Shown here in pieces: positions 51,440-60,773 of a stretch of DNA of 64,000 bases (position 1 is the first letter of the stretch; each line of letters begins with the position of its first letter). The translations under genes were made by a program, and so were the position numbers. The notes beneath the pieces were generated by a model. That model had not been told where the DNA came from and searched no databases. It saw nothing but the letters and a program-made list of their open reading frames with translations. Origin of the DNA: a virus; IMG/VR virus record IMGVR_UViG_3300049719_000158, positions 25,732 to 89,731 of that record. One strand, given 5' to 3'.

Positions 51440-52333
51440 TCATGAACGAACGTCGCGACTATTTAGTGCGTCAAGAACTACACTAATTCCACGTTCAAGA
51501 TAATCGCATTCCCATAACACGATTACTTTATATCCATTGTCTTCGGCGACTTTATTTTTACATGTATCATTATTCCAAATTTCTTGCGCAGTTCTTTTCA
51601 CTATTGGATGAAAAAATTGTGCATCATACGTTTTTGGATTACAATGCCAATACTCTCCATTTACTTCAATGAATAAATTAAGTTCTGGAATGAATATGTC
51701 GTACATATACGTGCGATTATTTGCTTTAATTTTGAAACTATGCTGTGCTGTCGGATAATACTTGACGATATCATCAAAAACTGTTACCTCAAGTTTACTA
51801 CGCCAATAATCGGGCGTATTATTATAAACTCCGTCTTCCCACATTTTTTTCGTTATATTACGTAATAATTCTTTTGTTTCATCTGAATGATGTTTTCCCT
51901 TCATTCCTGCTTCACCACCTTCGTCATAAAAACGCTGACGCGCGGCAGAGACATTAGCGCAAACTTGTGCACTCATTTTTTTACCACGAGTGGGATGATT
52001 ATTTATCGCCCATTCAATCATATGTGCGCTCCAATATTCAAAATACCCTCGTTCTGTTTTTGTTGCTATGACCTTTTTTGCCCATTCTGGATTTGCATTT
52101 CTTATTGTTGCAGCGACGCTCATTTTTTGACGTGTTTCAGGCGAACGTTTTTGTCTTAAAATTTGATTAATTAAAAATTCATATTCTTCATTGTCTATTG
52201 CTTTTCGAAGAATACAACGAATACGAAATTTACTAATTTTATGTTGTTCGTATCGTTTTACTAATTCAGATAAATTTACACCACTCCGAAATAATGCAAC
52301 TATCTCCTGAATAATGTCTATGTTGAGTTTCAT
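51440..52333 (-). CDS. NUMOD3 + Vsr/DUF559-like homing endonuclease
   Basis: GKHHSDETK, SKLE, YDIFI, EVNGEYWH, LWE. Confidence 0.85.
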   Translation of the reverse strand: MKLNIDIIQEIVALFRSGVNLSELVKRYEQHKISKFRIRCILRKAIDNEEYEFLINQILRQKRSPETRQKMSVAATIRNANPEWAKKVIATKTERGYFEYWSAHMIEWAINNHPTRGKKMSAQVCANVSAARQRFYDEGGEAGMKGKHHSDETKELLRNITKKMWEDGVYNNTPDYWRSKLEVTVFDDIVKYYPTAQHSFKIKANNRTYMYDIFIPELNLFIEVNGEYWHCNPKTYDAQFFHPIVKRTAQEIWNNDTCKNKVAEDNGYKVIVLWECDYLERGISVVLDALNSRDVRS

Positions 52334-52351
52334 ATAATATATATATATTGT

Positions 52352-53320
52352 ATGAGTAGTCTAAGACCAGTGCTAATTGTTGACGCCATGAACGCGCTGT
52401 GCAGGTGTGTGGCCGCATTTCCTCAATTTACGTCAAATGGAGAACAATTTGGTGGTACAATTGGTTTTCTTAAAACTCTTCGTAAACTTGTTAACGAAAT
52501 TCAGCCTAAACAAGTTTATGTATGTTGGGAAAGCGGAGGTAGTACTAAACGACGCGCTATTTTCAAAGAATATAAAATGGGTCGTTCACCAGAACGTCTC
52601 AATCGATTTTATGGTGAAGATTTACAGGAGAGTCAAGAAAATCGCTCGTTTCAGACGGCTGAGCTCATCGGAATTCTAAAACACGTTCCCGTTTGTCAAT
52701 TATACGTACCCGACTGCGAGGGTGACGACGTTGTTGCATACTTGTGCAAGAATAAGTTGAATGAAGTCGACAAAGTCGTTGCATCGAGCGACAAGGACTT
52801 TTATCAATTGTTAGACGCAAAGACAAGGATTTATAGCTTTCACAAGAAAACGTTCATACTTGCTCAACAGGTATTTGATGAGTTCAGAATTTCTACAAGA
52901 AATTGGGCGGTTGCGAAGGCGATAGTTGGAGAACCTGTTGGTGGCGATAACATCCCTTCGATAAAAGGCGTCGGATTTAAAACTGCGTCAAAATATTTCC
53001 CGATGTTAGGTACCGATACGGACGTACTTCTACAACACATTTTTGATTATTCAAACGTAAACAAGGGAAAACAAAAAATATACGAAAAAGTTCTCGAAGG
53101 TACTGATATCATCAAAAGAAATTATCGACTTGTATATTTGGGTGACAACACGTTATCTTTACAACAACAGACACAAATCGATAATCAAATGTTAAAACAT
53201 CGGCCAAAAACTAATAAACTTGAAATTATGCGAACATTAGCAAAACATGGAATTTCAGATTTTAACGTCGATGATTTTGTGTATTCTTTCAATTGCATTG
53301 AAGGAATTAGACAAAATTAA
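52352..53320 (+). CDS. 5'-3' exonuclease / flap endonuclease (T4 RNase H-like)
   Basis: LIVDAMN, R...EYK.GR, EGDD, SSDKDFYQL, GDNI..IKGVG.KT. Confidence 0.92.
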   Translation: MSSLRPVLIVDAMNALCRCVAAFPQFTSNGEQFGGTIGFLKTLRKLVNEIQPKQVYVCWESGGSTKRRAIFKEYKMGRSPERLNRFYGEDLQESQENRSFQTAELIGILKHVPVCQLYVPDCEGDDVVAYLCKNKLNEVDKVVASSDKDFYQLLDAKTRIYSFHKKTFILAQQVFDEFRISTRNWAVAKAIVGEPVGGDNIPSIKGVGFKTASKYFPMLGTDTDVLLQHIFDYSNVNKGKQKIYEKVLEGTDIIKRNYRLVYLGDNTLSLQQQTQIDNQMLKHRPKTNKLEIMRTLAKHGISDFNVDDFVYSFNCIEGIRQN

Positions 53321-53505
53321 TTTGTGTACTTTTGAACAAGATTTCCATCTTTGTCCCAAAAACCAACCCATTGCAGTTGACATCCTAAACCATTACTGCG
53401 ATCGTTCCGGATACATTTCAACAAGAAGTGTATGTAATTCAAAATGAACTCGATCAGGAACAAGAACGGTTTCATCGAGCGTATACAACTGTTCCAGTTT
53501 TCTTG

Positions 53506-53865
53506 TTATTTCATGTTTATATTCATTTTTAAATTTTTTAAATGCTTCAGGACATGGATGATGCGCTTGATATGAAATTTTCCATCAAATGTAGGAATGT
53601 TCTCTTTCCAAAAGTTAATAATCTCGACATACTTCTCAAGTGACGTTTGCATTTTAGAATTGTAATGATTCACATCTTGATTTCGACAAGAGAAATATTT
53701 CTCCGCCAAGCGAGCCTTGTAGAACTCTCTGATCGCACCAGTCAAGTATTCATCCATTTTGTCGATGAAGTGTTCACGATCGTATGCCATTTTTTCGAGA
53801 ATGATCGTTTCTTTGATCAAATCTCGTAGAAGCTCTTCTTGTTCAATTTCAATTTGTCTCTTCAT
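53506..53865 (-). CDS. Putative head protein, possibly 3'-degraded
   Basis: LLRDLIKETIILE leader. Confidence 0.45.
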   Translation of the reverse strand: MKRQIEIEQEELLRDLIKETIILEKMAYDREHFIDKMDEYLTGAIREFYKARLAEKYFSCRNQDVNHYNSKMQTSLEKYVEIINFWKENIPTFDGKFHIKRIIHVLKHLKNLKMNINMK

Positions 53866-53866
53866 G

Positions 53867-54151
53867 TCACTCGTTCTCGCCTAACCTCGTCATCACTTGA
53901 TTTATAACGTCCTGTGGCACGTTTCCACGCATTAGGTCCTTCGCGTAGCTGACGAACTCTGCGTCTGTCGCTAATCTCACGTTTAGCTCTGGTGCGACTG
54001 CGTAGAACTCGTTCATCAACGCGTGGTACACGTCATCAGCGGTGTGCACGTGAGGATTAAATTTGTCAAGCAACGTGTACGTTCCTGAGTGAGCTCTTTC
54101 GAGCAGTGCTTGTTTCACGATTTCTCTTAGTTCTGAAAGCTTTAGCTTCAT
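53867..54151 (-). CDS. Putative internal head protein
   Basis: MKLKLSELREIVKQALLE leader; ATACTTA upstream. Confidence 0.55.
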   Translation of the reverse strand: MKLKLSELREIVKQALLERAHSGTYTLLDKFNPHVHTADDVYHALMNEFYAVAPELNVRLATDAEFVSYAKDLMRGNVPQDVINQVMTRLGENE

Positions 54152-54158
54152 GTTGAGA

Positions 54159-54503
54159 TTAAGTATGCACCCGTCGCCCACACACAACGTACCGATTGTT
54201 AGTGTAAGCTGTGTTCCATCGCTCGTTCAACCTGCGTGAATTCCAGACGCGAAGAACATCGTCTGACGGTACCAACGACGACTTGACTGTAACATGAAGC
54301 AGTTCGGCTATTTCGAAGCATTTTTCGTACATCATGATGCCATTGCCTTTATTTCTGTATTCTACGTTCAAGAACGAGTGCGTCTCGTAGAATTTCTCGT
54401 CCGGGCGCACGTCAATGCACATTTCAACGTGCCCGACTTCTTTGCTCCCGTCGAACCACTCAACGAGAATTGAGCGTTGTCTATTGACGATGTGCGGTGT
54501 CAT
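54159..54503 (-). CDS. GNAT acetyltransferase-like
   Basis: EYRNKGNGIMMY acetyl-CoA motif, S.D..RVW. Confidence 0.7.
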   Translation of the reverse strand: MTPHIVNRQRSILVEWFDGSKEVGHVEMCIDVRPDEKFYETHSFLNVEYRNKGNGIMMYEKCFEIAELLHVTVKSSLVPSDDVLRVWNSRRLNERWNTAYTNNRYVVCGRRVHT

Positions 54504-54952
54504 TTTTCAATCAAATAAACACGTTTTTGTCCTCTATTGAACGCATTTACGTAAGTCATGTAACTATCGTACTTTCCGTACGTTTTTAGCACCCACTTGC
54601 TACACGGGTCGAGAAAAACTTTTTTATCTGCATCCCACACCACCCAATGACACAATCCAGATTTCCACGTAATTGACACAATCGCGGTTTGTTCAAGCTT
54701 TTCCCACTTTTCCAAGCGTTTTTCTTTGTGATGCAACTTGATCCTTTGCATCGCGTCCTTAAGCTTAAAGGGCGGTGTGTTTGCTGGTCCACGTGGACGC
54801 CTGTTTGGATGAACTATCTTCAACGCTTTGTCATACGACGTGCAAAGCACCATTGTCAACGCCGCAGGACCACAACCGTCGACATGTTTTTGTTGAACAG
54901 CTTTCATCCAATTTTGCCCGCGATTGAACAATATCTTCATTACGTCAATCAA
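54500..54952 (-). CDS. C39-like cysteine peptidase
   Basis: QQ....GCGPAAL.M, HWVV, DP. Confidence 0.8.
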   Translation of the reverse strand: MIDVMKILFNRGQNWMKAVQQKHVDGCGPAALTMVLCTSYDKALKIVHPNRRPRGPANTPPFKLKDAMQRIKLHHKEKRLEKWEKLEQTAIVSITWKSGLCHWVVWDADKKVFLDPCSKWVLKTYGKYDSYMTYVNAFNRGQKRVYLIEK

Positions 54953-55578
54953 TCTCGATGGTCGTGCAAGTCACGTGTCGGTACCTGTGTCGACAATGGT
55001 GAGGTTGTAGTCTCCATCCACCTCGACGTTCGCAGTCTCTCGATTGTCATGGTGACGCACGACTTCAGTCTTTCCAGGAAGGTTTAAAAATCTCCATGTT
55101 GAGCCAACGGGAAGCGCCATTAAATCTCACTTCGCTTGCACTCTTCTGTTCGAAGAAAAAATCTCTCTTACGACAAGACTTTACCAATTTTGCCAAAATC
55201 ACGTATCATCTTATCGTCGTCTACGTTGACGTATTCAACCTTCAAAAAGCAATTATCGAGCTTACACTTTGTTACAAAACCCTTGAGTTGTGGACACGTT
55301 TCGTCGCAGTGAGCGTTGTCGAACATGACGATTGGTAGCTTTCGAAATGTTTTTACAATGGCAGTCGTGGGAGGATTGACTGGTTGTCGCACAATCGGAG
55401 GAGCGGGTGCTTCAATTGATGCTGTCACAACGTTGACGATTTGTTCGATGGGTTTATGACTTTATTACTTCTTCTTACGCAGGTGCAGTGCCTGCAACAA
55501 CAGCCGAATATTGTTCAAGCGTTATTCTTCCGGCGCGGAAATCATTTATGGCGGTTGAAATGCGATCGTAAAGATTGT

Positions 55579-55992
55579 TCATTGTATCATGTGACCGCGA
55601 AGTGTTTGATATTCAATTTCAAGCCACCTATCCGGATCGCGCTTAGACGTCACGTTCACTTTGTCGCCATCGATTTCAACGACAACGTAAGGTTCCAACG
55701 TTGGTTCGTCAAGAACATGCAAGACTTTGTCGCCCACCGAAATTCCACTTCGTGCCACTTTGTCGACGGGTACTTTTTGCTCCGCCTCCAAGCACTGATC
55801 ACAACGTTGCAACCATCCGCTCTCGCGGTCTTCGCGAAGTTCAACGTTGTTGCATTGCTCGTCAAGGAATGCGCCGCAAACCCATTGAGTGCCCATGCGC
55901 GTCACCAACAAGCGTGAACAAAATTCTCCCGGCTTGCTTGCACACGTCTTCTCACCGCAGTCGATCACTATGTTCAAATTTCGCTTTGCCAT
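55579..55992 (-). CDS. Cys-rich hypothetical protein
   Basis: CGEKTC..FC..C..RC..C; has its own promoter. Confidence 0.55.
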   Translation of the reverse strand: MAKRNLNIVIDCGEKTCASKPGEFCSRLLVTRMGTQWVCGAFLDEQCNNVELREDRESGWLQRCDQCLEAEQKVPVDKVARSGISVGDKVLHVLDEPTLEPYVVVEIDGDKVNVTSKRDPDRWLEIEYQTLRGHMIQ

Positions 55993-56030
55993 GATACCTC
56001 AAATATAACACTTTCTTCAAAAGAATACAC
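55993..56030 (-). promoter_or_regulatory. Sigma70-like promoter GTGTAH-N17/18-TAnnnT (representative copy)
   Basis: GTGTAT-17-TATATT with TG extension; same architecture upstream of genes starting at 7785, 22490, 24545, 33554, 37318, 43894, 44937, 56299. Confidence 0.7.
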
Positions 56031-56299
56031 TAATCGTTGTAGATCGTGATCGTAAATTTACGGCCATCGAGAGCAATTGCATTAAATTTCCAACACACAA
56101 TGTCTTCGTCTCGTTCAACAGTTGAAAGAAGAAATAACAACGTCATCGTCTTTCCTTCAACACGAAAGCCAACATCATACGCATCATCCCACACTCGTGA
56201 AATAAAATTACCCCTAATTATTGATGCTTCGGCAACACCGTGAGTTTTATCCCACGTAAATTGTTCGATGTCATAACAAGGCATATTTAGTCTTGACAT
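56030..56299 (-). CDS. Hypothetical protein
   Basis: Ends ITIYND; has its own promoter. Confidence 0.6.
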   Translation of the reverse strand: MSRLNMPCYDIEQFTWDKTHGVAEASIIRGNFISRVWDDAYDVGFRVEGKTMTLLFLLSTVERDEDIVCWKFNAIALDGRKFTITIYND

Positions 56300-56401
56300 A
56301 ATAAAAATATAACACTTTCTCAAAAAATATACACTCATAACGAAGCATGCATAACATTTTTTGATTTTCAGATATCGAGAAGCATATATTTATGTTGTAG
56401 T

Positions 56402-58270
56402 ATGAAGCTAAAGCTTTCACATCTGGAGAACATTGTGAACAACGTACGCAACGAAAACAAGCTGTCAACGCTTTTTTGTGAAGAAGTCAAGAAATCATTT
56501 GGTGACTGTATTCGTGGCTACTCTCCGAGAGCAATTGCTGAGAGCGCGAACTACATGCTCGACATGAACGAGCTCACGCACGTTGGCAAGGCGCCGAGCG
56601 TCAAGGTTTCGTTGTTCGTTGAGTGCCTGAAGCACAGCGACGAACACGTTCGAAAGCTTGCGACTCGATTGGTGCCAGAGAAGTTCTTGGACAACATGTT
56701 GAAAGATAAGTCTCCCGCCGTCAGGGGAGCCGCTGCAGAGCGCGTGGGCATGAAGTCGCTCAAAGAAGCTTTGTCAATGTGGCCGTCAGACGATCAGATG
56801 CGTGTAACTTACTTGACGCGGTTGCTTGACGAGCCGACGCTTGAAGACGGTGACAACGAAGAGACGCTTGAACTACACGCCGACAAGCGAATTGGTGACC
56901 CAGGGAAGCAACAACAGTTTCCCGAACTATCAGATCAGTGGTACGAGACACTGGCGTTTAGACTACTGCAAGACTATGATGGTAATGTCGAGTACTCATG
57001 GGAACGTGGTGCTTGTAACAACTACTGCAACGCAACGAAGGCGACGAGCGGCGTAGAGATCGATCGTGAAAAGCTTTATGAGAAGCTAATGGACTTGATC
57101 GAAAAGCGTGAAGACTTGGCGCTCGAAGAAGACGTGTTCAGAGAACCACGACGAGTTCTTAGCGAAAGCAAACGCGTTGATGAAAAAGCAAAGCCTGCAC
57201 GCTCGATGAAAGCGATTTCGTTGATGAAGCAACTGATCGCAGTCATGGGAACGCTTGGCTACAAAGTCTCAAGTCGCGAGAAGAACTCCGGCGAGCTCAA
57301 GTGTTGGCTTGATAAATCTGTTCCCGGCGACGATATCACGAACTCACAGGAAGCCGTAAGCGCCTTGAACAAAGCAGGTTTTAGCGTTGACGTTTCGCCG
57401 TACTCAGGCGACGTACTTAGCGTTGACGACACGTTTAGAGTCACGTTTCAAAAGAAACACGTTGAGCACGACGCATTTGTAAGCGTGTTTGCTGGGCCGC
57501 TTGCTGACGACGCACGACATGGCATTGACGTTGGTGACTTGGGCGAGAGCGTTGTGAGAGAAAAAAGTGATAAATCTTTTTCAAGTGGACATGAAGCGAT
57601 GTTGTCATGGTACAAAGAAGAAGAAAACTTTGATGATACATGTCCACAATGTGGAAACGATAGCTTTAATTGTACGTGCCTTGCACCTGATGCAACGTAC
57701 GATTTAGACGAAGGTGACGAAAAACCCGCAGCAAATGCAGATGGAACTTGTCCTGATTGTTGTGAAGACTTAGATTGTTGCATGTGCAACACATGCATTG
57801 GCATACGACATCGTCAAGTTGAACGTGAAGAAGATGAACAACGCAAAAAGTATGGCAAAGTATTGTCATGGGACGAAATGAAAGACGTTGATGAAAGCAT
57901 CGACGCACTCATTGATGGAGTGATTATAAAGGAAGAAAACGACGATTGGGATAACGTTGAGACGCCTGTTCAGCAACAAGATCGTTGGACAAAAATTGCT
58001 GAACAACCTGAAAATAAGCCATTCATTGACGCGATCAAAAATGCAGTAGACCTAAAAGAACTCGCTCGTGCAAAGCGAAGCCTGCAAAAGGCTGACGACA
58101 ACGGTGAAATAAACATGCCTGCAGGCGTGTGGATGAAGTGCTACGACGAACGCAAAGACGAACTGAAAGCCATGAATGAAAAGCCAATGTCTTCAGCGGA
58201 CTCACGCATGGATCGCCTACTACGAACGCGAGACAGCTCAGGGAAAGCCACACCAAGGAAATTTTCATGA
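56402..58270 (+). CDS. Modular HEAT-repeat protein, putative head polyprotein
   Basis: MKLKLSHLENIV leader, HEAT repeats, CxxC modules, many L/V/IxE sites; ATATTTA upstream. Confidence 0.55.
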   Translation: MKLKLSHLENIVNNVRNENKLSTLFCEEVKKSFGDCIRGYSPRAIAESANYMLDMNELTHVGKAPSVKVSLFVECLKHSDEHVRKLATRLVPEKFLDNMLKDKSPAVRGAAAERVGMKSLKEALSMWPSDDQMRVTYLTRLLDEPTLEDGDNEETLELHADKRIGDPGKQQQFPELSDQWYETLAFRLLQDYDGNVEYSWERGACNNYCNATKATSGVEIDREKLYEKLMDLIEKREDLALEEDVFREPRRVLSESKRVDEKAKPARSMKAISLMKQLIAVMGTLGYKVSSREKNSGELKCWLDKSVPGDDITNSQEAVSALNKAGFSVDVSPYSGDVLSVDDTFRVTFQKKHVEHDAFVSVFAGPLADDARHGIDVGDLGESVVREKSDKSFSSGHEAMLSWYKEEENFDDTCPQCGNDSFNCTCLAPDATYDLDEGDEKPAANADGTCPDCCEDLDCCMCNTCIGIRHRQVEREEDEQRKKYGKVLSWDEMKDVDESIDALIDGVIIKEENDDWDNVETPVQQQDRWTKIAEQPENKPFIDAIKNAVDLKELARAKRSLQKADDNGEINMPAGVWMKCYDERKDELKAMNEKPMSSADSRMDRLLRTRDSSGKATPRKFS

Positions 58271-58914
58271 ATAACGAATGCACGCTACAAACTCAACGCC
58301 TGCTCACCGAGTGGGAATGCGTGAGCAGGCCTGAACTTTCAGTGTTGCTCACTTGGCTACGTGCGCTCTATTTCACGCACCAGACGCATCATTGGATCAG
58401 CAAGGGCGATAGTTTTTTCGGAAATCATCTACTTTTTCAGCGGCTCTATGAAGAAGTCTTACCTGAAATTGATGCAGTCGCCGAAAAAAGCGTTGGACTT
58501 GGTGACGAAAACAACGTTGACTTGCACAAGCAACTTGGCACTGCGCTTGAAATCGTGTTCAGCAACTCGAGCGTCAATGTAATTCCTTCTCCTAATGACC
58601 TTGCAAAGAAGTCGCTGAAGCTTGAGCTCGAGTTCCTGTGTGCGTGCGAAGTGCTTCGAAAATCAATGAAGACAAATAACACTTTGACGACGGGAATCGA
58701 TAATCTTGTGGCTGGTGTGTGTGATCTACATGAATCTCATGTGTATTTGTTGAAGGCCGCTTGTGGTGGAAATGTCACGCAACCACACGTAGATGACGTG
58801 CAAGTTGAGCACGAAACGGCTGTGAATCCGCGCCTCATCACGTTTGACGACATTGGAATGCCCGAACGCATGAATGACGAGTGGAAGTCAGCAAATAATT
58901 ACTACGTGAAATGA
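58267..58914 (+). CDS. Dps/ferritin-like protein
   Basis: HQTHHW..G..F...HLLF..LY...D..AE, HE...YLL. Confidence 0.85.
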   Translation: MNNECTLQTQRLLTEWECVSRPELSVLLTWLRALYFTHQTHHWISKGDSFFGNHLLFQRLYEEVLPEIDAVAEKSVGLGDENNVDLHKQLGTALEIVFSNSSVNVIPSPNDLAKKSLKLELEFLCACEVLRKSMKTNNTLTTGIDNLVAGVCDLHESHVYLLKAACGGNVTQPHVDDVQVEHETAVNPRLITFDDIGMPERMNDEWKSANNYYVK

Positions 58915-59007
58915 TATTTTTTGTTTTCATTTTTTACTGTCGGTGAAACGATATGTAAAGTTCCTCGCGAATGAGTTGACGTAATTGTGATTCATGAATG
59001 AACATTT

Positions 59008-59316
59008 TTACTTCTTTGGTTTGATACCTTTATTTTTCATAGAATTTGCGACTGCCCACGCGTTCTTCACACCAGGTTGTTTCTTCAACGTCTTTACGAT
59101 CTTCTCATAACCCGCGGGAGCACTTTCGTCGATGTCATTTAACTCATCGTACAATTCAACATCACCCATTTTTTCGTGAGCACGCTTTGCGTCTTCTTTT
59201 TCAAAATCATGGCTCATACCACAGTCGGGACAATAATCAACCTCTTCAGGATTTTCGACAGTCGCGAATTTCTCAAGAAGCATTTCGTAAATTCGTTGTT
59301 CAACAAGTTTGTTCAT
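59008..59316 (-). CDS. Putative head protein
   Basis: ATATTTA upstream; IYEMLLE leader; APAGYE..NAWAVA. Confidence 0.5.
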   Translation of the reverse strand: MNKLVEQRIYEMLLEKFATVENPEEVDYCPDCGMSHDFEKEDAKRAHEKMGDVELYDELNDIDESAPAGYEKIVKTLKKQPGVKNAWAVANSMKNKGIKPKK

Positions 59317-59346
59317 AACATATAAATATTCACACATTAGTATATA

Positions 59347-60039
59347 ATGAACACAATGTCATTGTTCTTAAGTTCAGATCATCACCTGGAACATAATAAT
59401 ATTATTGAATACTGTTCACGTCCGTTCACATCTGTTGAACACATGAACGATGAACTTGTATCACGCTGGAACGCGTGTGTCAAATCTAACGACTGCGTTT
59501 TACACTTGGGCGACGTAACGCTCGTAAATTATAACAAAGATGTGTTGCACAAAAAGCGTCCAGACTTCGTTGAACTCATCAAAAGTCTAAATGGCGTGAA
59601 AATTCTTGTACCTGGCAATCATGATGACAAGCGAATGTTTTCATTCTACGAAGAATGCGGGTGGCACATCGTCAGAAACGAATTACAACCTCATGATGAA
59701 AAGAAGAAATTATATGGTTTCATATTAGATGATGTTATGTACTGTCACAATTATCGCGCTGCTTCGCTCATTGACACTGATGTAAAAGTCGTTGTACACG
59801 GCCACGCACATGGCACCCGACAACGCGTTGAGTGTGACCCACGAACATACATTGACGTGGGTGTCGACTGTTGGGGACTTGCTCCCGTTGAGGTGTCAAA
59901 TATGCTTGATGAACAACGTGCAAAGCTCATCGAGAATTACGTTACGACACTATGCCGTCAAATAGTCATCCCACGAGGGGATAACCTTGGCACGAACGAA
60001 AGTGAGGCATCTCACTTTCACCGACCATTGGCTGATTGA
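59347..60039 (+). CDS. Calcineurin-like phosphoesterase, 3' end replaced by IS sequence
   Basis: SDHH..H.NII.YC.RPF, LGD, GNHD, HGHAH, DVGVD; last about 27 codons lie inside the IS right end. Confidence 0.88.
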   Translation: MNTMSLFLSSDHHLEHNNIIEYCSRPFTSVEHMNDELVSRWNACVKSNDCVLHLGDVTLVNYNKDVLHKKRPDFVELIKSLNGVKILVPGNHDDKRMFSFYEECGWHIVRNELQPHDEKKKLYGFILDDVMYCHNYRAASLIDTDVKVVVHGHAHGTRQRVECDPRTYIDVGVDCWGLAPVEVSNMLDEQRAKLIENYVTTLCRQIVIPRGDNLGTNESEASHFHRPLAD

Positions 60040-60226
60040 CCGCAGCCTGCTCAACGTATGTTTCGCGTTGAGAGTTTGGTGTGATGTAATCACACTTTTT
60101 AACGTAGAGATCTCGTATGTTGATCGCCGCGTTCGTGTCAGCATGACACTTAAAACCACACTTTGTGCAACAGTATTTTCCATCCTTACGAGAGCTCTTG
60201 TCGATGTTTCCAATCAATATATGCAA
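59966..60226 (-). pseudogene. tnpB: TnpB C-terminal remnant overlapping the omegaRNA scaffold
   Basis: C.KCGF..HADTNAAINI (zinc ribbon plus RuvC-III) only. Confidence 0.85.
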
Positions 60227-60637
60227 AATATTTCAGAAAATAATTGCGTGCATTCGCTTGGATATCACATAATCTTTTGTCCGAAGTACAGACACTGTGT
60301 TTTAAAGGATGCAGTCGCAGTCGAAACAAAGAACATAATTGCGCAGTCTTGCATCGAAAGAGGATGGATTTTACATGCTCTTGAAGTGATGCCAGATCAC
60401 GTTCACGTGTTTGTTCAAGCAGATCACGTAACAGCGCCGGTAGAAATAGCAAAGACTTTGAAATCAATATCAGCAGTTTACATATTCACAAAATTTCCAA
60501 CGTTAAAAGGAAGAAAGTTTTGGGGATCAGGTTTGTGGAGCAAAGGAACGTTTTACTCAACAATCGGGTCAGTCTCAGAAGATGTCGTTAAACATTATAT
60601 AGAGACACAGTATGATAGAAAACACCGCAATTCATGA
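60221..60637 (+). CDS. tnpA: Y1 HUH transposase
   Basis: YHIIFCPKYR, MPDHVH, KSISA, LWS..F..T.G, YIE.Q. Confidence 0.93.
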   Translation: MQNISENNCVHSLGYHIIFCPKYRHCVLKDAVAVETKNIIAQSCIERGWILHALEVMPDHVHVFVQADHVTAPVEIAKTLKSISAVYIFTKFPTLKGRKFWGSGLWSKGTFYSTIGSVSEDVVKHYIETQYDRKHRNS

Positions 60638-60773
60638 CATCCACGAGGGGATATCTATTCTTGCGAAAGAGAGAACATAAATATACCCACAAGAAACACG
60701 TGAATTCACTCGTTCAATCGAGGTGATTTTTGTGCAGTTGATTGGTAATCCTGCACTTATATCATGGTGAGCG

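Larger units (their letters stand above)
59957..60662. mobile_element. IS200/IS605-family element with intact tnpA and internally deleted tnpB
   Basis: Near-identical subterminal hairpins (catcccacgaggggat at about 59967, catccacgaggggat at about 60638), tnpA and tnpB 3' remnant; left boundary approximate. Confidence 0.88.

Noticed and set aside
59987-60220. N-terminal extension of TnpA in the ORF track
   Set aside because: This is the antisense of the tnpB remnant and omegaRNA; TnpA similarity starts near ATG 60221
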